Virus record (IMG/VR): IMGVR_UViG_3300042016_000026
Length of the DNA: 20,000 nucleotides
From: an uncultured virus (IMG/VR IMGVR_UViG_3300042016_000026)
Taxonomy: Duplodnaviria; Heunggongvirae; Uroviricota; Caudoviricetes; Schitoviridae
Strand: one strand, 5' to 3'
Every line of letters starts with the position of its first letter. The first letter of the stretch is position 1. Under the pieces are notes generated by a model. The model searched no databases, had not been told where the DNA came from, and was given only the letters and a program-made list of their open reading frames with translations. Positions 1 to 5,279 of this stretch are shown here, piece by piece. A program made the position numbers and the translations under genes.

Positions 1-2
1 AT

Positions 3-194
3 GTATCCCCTGCTGACCAGAGTGTGGCACCGGGAGGCTCTAACTGGGGGGAAACCATTAGTTGTGGCAGTACTGCATTCGCTCCACTCGACGTCCACCC
101 TTCTCGCACTTCCGGAAGTGTTGGTAACTATTACATCTGGATGTCGTCGGGGAACGTTAATATGTATGCCCGTGGCTACACCTTCGAACGTTAA
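3..194 (+). CDS. C-terminal fragment of a tail fibre / virion structural protein (5' end outside window)
   Basis: Frame 3 is open from the window edge: VSPADQSVAPGGSNWGETISCGSTAFAPLDVHPSRTSGSVGNYYIWMSSGNVNMYARGYTFER*, with TAA at 192-194. The Gly/Ser-rich beta-strand composition and GYxxER end are typical of tail-fibre tips. It is followed by a hairpin and further tail genes. Confidence 0.6.
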   Translation, partial: VSPADQSVAPGGSNWGETISCGSTAFAPLDVHPSRTSGSVGNYYIWMSSGNVNMYARGYTFER

Positions 195-200
195 TTAAAT

Positions 201-223
201 AATCGCCCTGCAAAGGGCGGTTT
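201..223 (+). terminator. Intergenic GC hairpin with GCAA tetraloop (weak terminator or RNA element)
   Basis: AATCGCCCT-GCAA-AGGGCGGTT followed by only a short T run, just after the stop at 194. Confidence 0.45.
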
Positions 224-234
224 GGGGACTGTAA

Positions 235-1020
235 ATGACATCTAAAGCACAACGACTGTCGGGATTGGCCAAAGAGCTTGATGCTCTGGCTGCTGCTTCC
301 AGCAGCACACTGATTGTTTATGAATACACCGCGACTGCCGGCCAGACTGTGTTCAGCGGCGCGGACAACAATGGCCTGACCTTGAACTACATCGCGGGCA
401 ACACCCTGGTCGTTTATAACGAAGGTGTGTTGCAGAAGACCGTGGACTACGCCACTACCAGTTCCAGTGTCCTGACGCTGACTTCGGGGGCTGAAGTGGG
501 GGCTTTGGTGCGCATGTATGCCTTCGGTACTTTTGCCGTGGCCAACGTGTACACCAAACCGGAAAGCGACACGATCATCACCAACTTGGCTTTGAAGTCT
601 GCGTCTAAAGCCGACATCATTGGTACAGTAAGCCAATCTGGGGGTGTGCCAACAGGTGCCGTTATCGAATACACAACTGATGGGGCAGGGAGTACCTGCA
701 CACGTTTTGCCGACGGTACACAAGTATGCACTTATCGCTTTCGGTCACCATCCATATATGCACTAGATGTTGCGGTGGGGCCTATGTGGCGCACACGGGA
801 TACAGCCATTCTAGTGAGTGGCGTTAACTACCTAAAGGCGTTTGTTGGCGAGCTACCCAAACTGAGCTACACGGTACGCATGGATAGCTGGTACGGGTTT
901 CCAGGCCTAATTGCTGGTACACGCACACTAACAGCATGGGTACCGTCGCATGTTGTTAGTCTTGCGTCAGTTTCAACCACTGTTGAAATTGACTGTATCG
1001 CTTGGGGCCGTTGGTTCTAA
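235..1020 (+). CDS. Tail fibre / receptor-binding virion protein (261 aa)
   Basis: Contains a YTATAGQTVF...Y..G..LVVYNEGV...DY beta module seen in phage tail/baseplate proteins. Then the Pseudomonas-phage tail-fibre motif GTVSQSGGVPTGAVIE...TRFADGTQVC, and a C-terminal CIAWGRWF. GGGGA RBS upstream. Confidence 0.8.
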   Translation: MTSKAQRLSGLAKELDALAAASSSTLIVYEYTATAGQTVFSGADNNGLTLNYIAGNTLVVYNEGVLQKTVDYATTSSSVLTLTSGAEVGALVRMYAFGTFAVANVYTKPESDTIITNLALKSASKADIIGTVSQSGGVPTGAVIEYTTDGAGSTCTRFADGTQVCTYRFRSPSIYALDVAVGPMWRTRDTAILVSGVNYLKAFVGELPKLSYTVRMDSWYGFPGLIAGTRTLTAWVPSHVVSLASVSTTVEIDCIAWGRWF

Positions 1021-1031
1021 TCCGTAATTAC

Positions 1032-1047
1032 TGCCCCGCAAGGGGCA
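1032..1047 (+). promoter_or_regulatory. Intergenic GCAA-tetraloop hairpin without U-tract
   Basis: TGCCCC-GCAA-GGGGCA lies between the stop at 1020 and the AAGGAG RBS of the next gene. Confidence 0.5.
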
Positions 1048-1063
1048 AACCAAGGAGTAACAC

Positions 1064-1519
1064 ATGTCTAAAGCACGATTGAAGTCAAAGAATATCTTGG
1101 GGATTGCTGAAGGTGGTACTGGTGCAACTTCCATGGGGGCAGGGGCTGTTGGTGCTGTAACTCAATCTGCCGGTATTCCGACCGGGGCGATCATCGAGTC
1201 AGGTTCTAATGCCAACGGCACTTACGTTAAATACGCTGATGGCACGATGATCTGCTCTCGACAGCAAACAGTTGGGGGCGTTGGTGTCACTAACGCTGTA
1301 GGGTCATTGTTCTACTACACATGGGCTTCGCAGACTTTTGCCGTACCTTTTACTGTCGCCCCTGCGGTGAATATCACTGCCTTCGGCCCCGGAGCCTCTA
1401 TTTGGGCTACTGGCGGCTTAACAACTGCCTCCACTACGGGCGCCTTTCTTATTATGTCTCCTACCTCACAGACGGGCTCAGTGACTGTCAATACAATTGC
1501 CATCGGGCGTTGGTTCTAG
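1064..1519 (+). CDS. Short tail fibre / tip protein, paralogue of the upstream gene's C-terminal domain (151 aa)
   Basis: AAGGAG RBS. Motifs GIAEGGTGAT and VTQSAGIPTGAIIESGSNANGTYVKYADGTMIC, with C-terminal IAIGRWF. Confidence 0.8.
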   Translation: MSKARLKSKNILGIAEGGTGATSMGAGAVGAVTQSAGIPTGAIIESGSNANGTYVKYADGTMICSRQQTVGGVGVTNAVGSLFYYTWASQTFAVPFTVAPAVNITAFGPGASIWATGGLTTASTTGAFLIMSPTSQTGSVTVNTIAIGRWF

Positions 1520-1531
1520 GGAATAACACAC

Positions 1532-2032
1532 ATGAGCATCAAACTCGCGCATACCGCACTGAACATCGCTATCGAGATCCTCGGTGACAAATACGGCAGC
1601 AACGAATCCAAATTGGAAGTGTTGGCCATCGGGGGGCAGGAAACTAAATTCACTGCCCGACGTCAAATCATCAAGAAGGATGGCAAGTTGGTCCCTCTGG
1701 GTCCGGCTACCAGTTTCTGGCAATTTGAGCAGGGCGGTGGTGTAAAAGGTGTGCTCACGCACGCCAGCTCCGCTACCCTGGCCAAACGTCTCTGTGCGGT
1801 ACGTGACGTAGCACCAACGTCGGCCGCTGTCTGGGCTGCGATGGAACACGATGATGTTCTGGGCGCTGGTTTCGCACGACTGCTGTTGCTGACTGATATG
1901 GGCAAATTACCTAAGATCGGTGATGCTGAAGCAGGCTGGGCGACCTATATCAAGAACTGGCGCCCGGGTAAACCGCACAAAGACACATGGGCTACCGCAT
2001 ACGCGAATGCCCGTACAGAATTGGGGGTCTAA
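1532..2032 (+). CDS. Endolysin (lysozyme/transglycosylase-like, Pseudomonas phage family)
   Basis: Motifs LAIGGQET (candidate catalytic Glu), GPATSFWQFEQGGGVKGVLTH, HDDVLGAGFARLLLLTD and YIKNWRPGKPH match a recognisable phage endolysin family. It sits immediately upstream of the spanin genes. No N-terminal SAR/signal is evident. Confidence 0.75.
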   Translation: MSIKLAHTALNIAIEILGDKYGSNESKLEVLAIGGQETKFTARRQIIKKDGKLVPLGPATSFWQFEQGGGVKGVLTHASSATLAKRLCAVRDVAPTSAAVWAAMEHDDVLGAGFARLLLLTDMGKLPKIGDAEAGWATYIKNWRPGKPHKDTWATAYANARTELGV

Positions 2033-2539
2033 ATGATCAAAGCCTTCCTCGGCGCGCACTGGATTGCTATAGTGCTCGTCGTCGGGGCTTTGGGCGTAGG
2101 TTTCGCTCAAGGCGTCGACTATAACGACAAGGGCTGGCTAGCCCGTTGGGAATCACGCAATGCGGATGAAGCGACGGCCAAGGCAGCATTCGAAACTAAG
2201 CAACGTGAAACAGAACGGGGATTACGCGATGACCTCGCAAATCAACTGGAAATCAACGATAAACAACGGGCTGAAAGCCAGCGCGTTAAATCTGACGCTG
2301 ATGCTGCTCTTAACGGCTTGCACGGGGAAATCTCTTCCCTCCAGCTACGTTTACAGCGAACCAGTAATGCTTCCGGCAATTCCAGCACAGTTTCGTCAGT
2401 TACCCGCGCCGCAATGGTGCTCACCGACTTGCTTGCAAGCTGTAGCACAGAGCGACAAGAACTCGCGGGATCGTTTGACGAATCTCGCAACCGAGCCTTA
2501 AAAGTCGAGCAGATGTACGATAAAGCACGGGGCCAATAG
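2033..2539 (+). CDS. Rz: Rz-like inner-membrane spanin (DUF2514-type)
   Basis: N-terminal TM segment (FLGAHWIAIVLVVGALGVGFA), long coiled coil and C-terminal TRAAMVLTDLL...ELAGSFDESR motif. It abuts the endolysin stop codon. Confidence 0.8.
   Translation: MIKAFLGAHWIAIVLVVGALGVGFAQGVDYNDKGWLARWESRNADEATAKAAFETKQRETERGLRDDLANQLEINDKQRAESQRVKSDADAALNGLHGEISSLQLRLQRTSNASGNSSTVSSVTRAAMVLTDLLASCSTERQELAGSFDESRNRALKVEQMYDKARGQ
2229..2501 (+). CDS. Rz1: Rz1-like outer-membrane lipoprotein spanin embedded in Rz (+1 frame, 90 aa)
   Basis: ATG at 2229 preceded by GGGGA. MTSQINWKSTINNGLKASALNLTLMLLLTA-C gives an LTAC lipobox, followed by a Pro-rich mature region (EPVMLPAIPAQFRQLPAPQWCSPTC). Confidence 0.8.
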   Translation: MTSQINWKSTINNGLKASALNLTLMLLLTACTGKSLPSSYVYSEPVMLPAIPAQFRQLPAPQWCSPTCLQAVAQSDKNSRDRLTNLATEP

Positions 2540-2554
2540 GCCCCGCTTCTTTTT
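2528..2554 (+). terminator. Rho-independent terminator ending the tail/lysis operon at the strand convergence point
   Basis: CGGGGCC-AATA-GGCCCCG followed by CTTCTTTTT. Confidence 0.7.
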
Positions 2555-2835
2555 CAACCAATAACAGCAGTGGCATCGATTTCCATCTCTTCGCAGTATT
2601 CACGCACTACATCATCTGCACAGCGGCCGTCGTCCTCAACTTTCTGAGCCAGCGCGTCATAAGCGGTCATGGTATCCCCTGGCCCGCAGCAGACCACTTT
2701 CACACCTTCAATAATGTCCGATTCCTCGGCCAATGACTTGGTGAACGGGCCGGCAAACATGCCGGTGAAGTTTTCTTCGTTGGTGATCTCGAAGACCACC
2801 GTGAAGTATCTTTTTACTGGTTTGTCGTCAGGCAT
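2554..2835 (-). CDS. Hypothetical acidic protein (93 aa from ATG at 2835)
   Basis: ORF MPDDKPVKRYFTVVFEITNEENF...; fills the space between two terminators and has phage-like codon usage. Confidence 0.65.
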   Translation of the reverse strand: MPDDKPVKRYFTVVFEITNEENFTGMFAGPFTKSLAEESDIIEGVKVVCCGPGDTMTAYDALAQKVEDDGRCADDVVREYCEEMEIDATAVIG

Positions 2836-2848
2836 AAAATGCACCCGT

Positions 2849-2873
2849 AAAAAAGCCCCGCAGTGCGAGGCTT
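2849..2873 (-). terminator. Rho-independent terminator downstream of holin
   Basis: Minus strand reads AAGCCTCGC-ACT-GCGGGGCTT-TTTT, just after the holin stop at 2879. Confidence 0.75.
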
Positions 2874-2878
2874 GGTAG

Positions 2879-3208
2879 TTACTGTTGATCGGGGGTCGGT
2901 TTGTCGATTCCCCAACGTTTGCCTAACACTCCCTCGACAATCGAGAAGAGTTTGCCCCCGTAGTGCGCAGCGACCGATGTTGCAATTGGTTGGGTGAACC
3001 AACCCGGCACGCTGTCGGCAATGACTGGGTACATGTCCCAAACAAGCCAGCCGGCCAATACTGCGCCGGTCAATTGAGCAGAGAGCCACAACAGCGAGAA
3101 TTTCTGGCCCTTGGCCAAGGCGGAAGCCACGGACAAGAAGCCAGAGAGCAAGCTGAGGACTACGGCGAAAATCGTACCGGATACGGTAGGATCGTGTTTC
3201 CATGGCAT
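2879..3208 (-). CDS. Putative holin (109 aa, 2-3 TM segments)
   Basis: Start revised to ATG 3208 with GGAG RBS. MPWKHDP N-terminus; hydrophobic segments TIFAVVLSLLSGFLSVASAL, FSLLWLSAQLTGAVLAGWLVW and IATSVAAHYGGKLFSIV; charged C-terminal tail. Adjacent to endolysin/spanin genes, which have no other holin nearby. Confidence 0.7.
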   Translation of the reverse strand: MPWKHDPTVSGTIFAVVLSLLSGFLSVASALAKGQKFSLLWLSAQLTGAVLAGWLVWDMYPVIADSVPGWFTQPIATSVAAHYGGKLFSIVEGVLGKRWGIDKPTPDQQ

Positions 3209-3214
3209 AGCGAA

Positions 3215-3272
3215 TCTCCGGTCAGAGGCCCAATCTGGCCAGCGCACATAATAGTGGCAAATTGACCGGAGA
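3215..3272 (-). promoter_or_regulatory. Inverted repeat sequestering the holin RBS, with TATTAT -10-like box in the loop
   Basis: Perfect 10-bp arms TCTCCGGTCA / TGACCGGAGA at 3215-3224 and 3263-3272. The 3' arm on the mRNA contains the GGAG SD. TATTAT on the minus strand lies at 3248-3253. Confidence 0.6.
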
Positions 3273-3279
3273 GATACAC

Positions 3280-3801
3280 TCAGCCCAACAGAACCTGTCG
3301 AATCGTAGCTATTCGTGCAAACAATCCTGTGTACAACGGATGTTGCCCAAGGAAGCGTTCGCTTACCTGAATCGTCCACATTGGCCCGTAGATTTTGGTC
3401 AACAGTTCGTTGTTCAGCGCGTAAAGACCATTTACGTCAGAAATAGGCGTGAACTCCTGCGTTCGTGCGGTTAACACGAGTTTCTGCTCATCGTCGATGT
3501 TTTCCGCTGCCTCAATGTCCAGCATCACGATGCCGGCCAGTGTTTTGGGGTCAATCTTACGGTGTAGGGTGCCAAACGGGTCGAGACAGCCAACAATGTA
3601 CTTGTCTGTCGCGGCGAGGAAGAATTCCCGCGTAGACAGCTTGCCCATGTTGCTCCAGTAGCAGCTATTAGTCTGCCCACCGCCTTGCACAACAACGCGC
3701 CCAACACCGGGTGATTCATCGACCAACGATACAATGATGACTTCGGCGGTGGCTTCGTCTTCAATGCGCAGGTCTTCAATCTTGCGGATACTTACCTTCA
3801 T
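3280..3801 (-). CDS. Conserved phage hypothetical protein (173 aa)
   Basis: GGAG RBS. The motif pattern V.L.D..PG.GRVVV.....SCYWSNMG....EFF....YIVG.L resembles a widespread phage/prophage hypothetical family. Confidence 0.75.
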   Translation of the reverse strand: MKVSIRKIEDLRIEDEATAEVIIVSLVDESPGVGRVVVQGGGQTNSCYWSNMGKLSTREFFLAATDKYIVGCLDPFGTLHRKIDPKTLAGIVMLDIEAAENIDDEQKLVLTARTQEFTPISDVNGLYALNNELLTKIYGPMWTIQVSERFLGQHPLYTGLFARIATIRQVLLG

Positions 3802-3804
3802 GGT

Positions 3805-3966
3805 TTACAGCTCCAACAGGGCGTCGGCCACCGCCTGGATAATGGTGATGCTCTCTTCGGGCATCTGGCCGGTAGCAATGCTAACAGCCTGGTGACGGGA
3901 AGAGAGCGGGAAGTATTCGGGATGCTGCTCTTTGATGCGCAGCGCGACTTCTTCTGGCTCGCTCAT
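3805..3966 (-). CDS. Small hypothetical protein (53 aa; not in ORF track), paralogue of 13016-13183
   Basis: MSEPEEVALRIKEQHPEYFPLSSRHQAVSIATGQMPEESITIIQAVADALLEL*. ATGA overlap with the upstream gene, GAGGA RBS, and it exactly fills the gap. Confidence 0.8.
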   Translation of the reverse strand: MSEPEEVALRIKEQHPEYFPLSSRHQAVSIATGQMPEESITIIQAVADALLEL

Positions 3967-4178
3967 TTCACTTCCTCGAACGAGTGCGTGACCGAGGTTG
4001 CACGGATTTCGTCGTAGACGACAGCGTTGCTGTGTCGGGCTTGGACGTTTTCGATGAGTTCTTCGAGTTCTTCGTCCTCGTTGTAACGCTCGAAGATTTC
4101 TTTGCGGGCTTCTTCGACGGTGACCCCGGGACCGAGGTCAATGATTGTTTCGATGGTGGTGGTAAGGCGGACTTGCAT
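3963..4178 (-). CDS. Small acidic hypothetical protein (71 aa)
   Basis: Strong AGGAGG RBS, Glu-rich sequence, and stop overlaps the next ATG (ATGA). Confidence 0.8.
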   Translation of the reverse strand: MQVRLTTTIETIIDLGPGVTVEEARKEIFERYNEDEELEELIENVQARHSNAVVYDEIRATSVTHSFEEVK

Positions 4179-4414
4179 GGTGCCTCCTGATACAGCGTGG
4201 CGTGAAGCGCTTTACGCTTCTTGAGGGGAATCTTCAGCGTTTCCTTGCGGAACGCTACCCATTCTTCGAGGGAAACCTGTTCCCAGTTTCCGGGTACCGG
4301 CAACGAGTCCATGTCCCAGCTCCGCACGCAGCGGCTGGCACGATGAACGAAGAAATACCGGCCGTTGACCGGTGCGTTACCGAACTTGCCGGGTGCATGC
4401 AGAGACTTGGCCAT
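3968..4414 (-). CDS. Hypothetical protein (148 aa) whose C-terminal half overlaps the next gene out of frame
   Basis: AAGGAG RBS with ATG just after the dCMP deaminase stop. The N-terminal ~80 aa look globular (YFFVHRASRCV...EQVSLEEWVAFRK); the C-terminus is Ser/Lys-rich run-on. Confidence 0.65.
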   Translation of the reverse strand: MAKSLHAPGKFGNAPVNGRYFFVHRASRCVRSWDMDSLPVPGNWEQVSLEEWVAFRKETLKIPLKKRKALHATLYQEAPCKSALPPPSKQSLTSVPGSPSKKPAKKSSSVTTRTKNSKNSSKTSKPDTATLSSTTKSVQPRSRTRSRK

Positions 4415-4416
4415 AT

Positions 4417-4890
4417 TTACTCCTTGAAGTGCGGCAGACTACGTACGTCGATACCGGCTTCAGCTAATAGCTCAATGCCGGTCATATCGTCGTGGAAACG
4501 GTGGAAGAACACCCGGGTAATGCCGGATGGGATAATGGTGCGGGCACAAACGTCGCAGGGCGCGACAGTGGTGAACATCCAGGCACCTTGCAGCGAAGTT
4601 CCACTGCGTAGTGCCCAACCCATGGCGTTGTTTTCGGCGTGAAGCACCGAACGATCGGTCTTCATCCGCGTGACCAGAATGCCTGTGATGGGGTCTGCTT
4701 CCAGCACCTCAGTGTTTTCACAGCAGTTGGTGTGATGCCCCGCAGGCTGACCGTTCCAGCCGGTGACCATTGCCCCCGACGGGGACACGATCACACAGCC
4801 AACACGCTCACGGACAGCTTCCGTTTGAGCTTCAGCGGCATAGGCCTGAGCCATGAACAGGTTCAGGTATTTGTCACGTAGCGGACTCAT
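4417..4890 (-). CDS. dCMP deaminase (cytidine/deoxycytidylate deaminase family)
   Basis: RVGCVIV, GWNG, HAENNA and PCDVC zinc-deaminase motifs. Start revised to ATG 4890 (ATGA overlap). Confidence 0.92.
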   Translation of the reverse strand: MSPLRDKYLNLFMAQAYAAEAQTEAVRERVGCVIVSPSGAMVTGWNGQPAGHHTNCCENTEVLEADPITGILVTRMKTDRSVLHAENNAMGWALRSGTSLQGAWMFTTVAPCDVCARTIIPSGITRVFFHRFHDDMTGIELLAEAGIDVRSLPHFKE

Positions 4891-5054
4891 ACGATGTCCT
4901 CGAACACGACTGTGCAACTGGCCACACCTTGGATCTCACCCGCTTCGACCTTGTCTTCGATCAGGTCGGCGATGATTTCCTCGTACTCGTGCCCCGTCAG
5001 CTCTTTACCGGAGCCGTCAGGCACGTTCAGGATTACTTGGATCACTACTTGCAT
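4887..5054 (-). CDS. Small acidic hypothetical protein (55 aa)
   Basis: Start revised to ATG 5054 with AAGGAG RBS: MQVVIQVILNVPDGSGKELTGHEYEEIIADLIEDKVEAGEIQGVASCTVVFEDIV. Confidence 0.7.
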   Translation of the reverse strand: MQVVIQVILNVPDGSGKELTGHEYEEIIADLIEDKVEAGEIQGVASCTVVFEDIV

Positions 5055-5229
5055 TGGTTTGCTCCTTTTCAAAGCAGGGGACGCACTTGGCGCCGCGCAT
5101 AGGACCACCCATGCCACGGATGTAAAATCCGCAGCTCACACATGAGATGACGCACGCGGTGTAGACCATCCCGGGTTTGGTTGGGTGAATTGGTGTTCCG
5201 TCGCTTTTGTAGCCGAGAACGGCACTCAT
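5017..5229 (-). CDS. Small putative zinc-binding protein (70 aa)
   Basis: CVSC...CVPC Cys pairs; ATG coupled to the stop of the upstream micro-ORF. Confidence 0.65.
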   Translation of the reverse strand: MSAVLGYKSDGTPIHPTKPGMVYTACVISCVSCGFYIRGMGGPMRGAKCVPCFEKEQTNASSDPSNPERA

Positions 5230-5279
5230 ACGAACGGTCTGACGTAAACGAAGTAGAACCAGGTGCTAGCGAGAATCAT
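5226..5279 (-). CDS. 17-aa hydrophobic micro-ORF (not in ORF track)
   Basis: MILASTWFYFVYVRPFV*. Its ATG overlaps the polymerase TGA (ATGA) and its TGA overlaps the next ATG (ATGA). AAGGA RBS upstream. Confidence 0.55.
   Translation of the reverse strand: MILASTWFYFVYVRPFV

Noticed and set aside
1..198. ORF-track 65-aa ORF in frame 1
   Set aside because: The ATG at the window edge is fortuitous. Frame 3 (3-194) gives a far more tail-fibre-like sequence.
620..1519. Possible DGR (TR/VR) or invertase shufflon at the paired tail-fibre tips
   Set aside because: Similarity is mainly at the protein level with many non-adenine differences. No near-identical repeat, inverted crossover sites, reverse transcriptase or invertase in the window.
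2879..3379. 166-aa long version of the holin ORF, and other extended starts in the track (4917, 5117, 8916, 10130, 11334, 13094, 13607, 17913)
   Set aside because: They overlap upstream genes extensively. Downstream starts have clear SD sequences or coupled stop/start overlaps.
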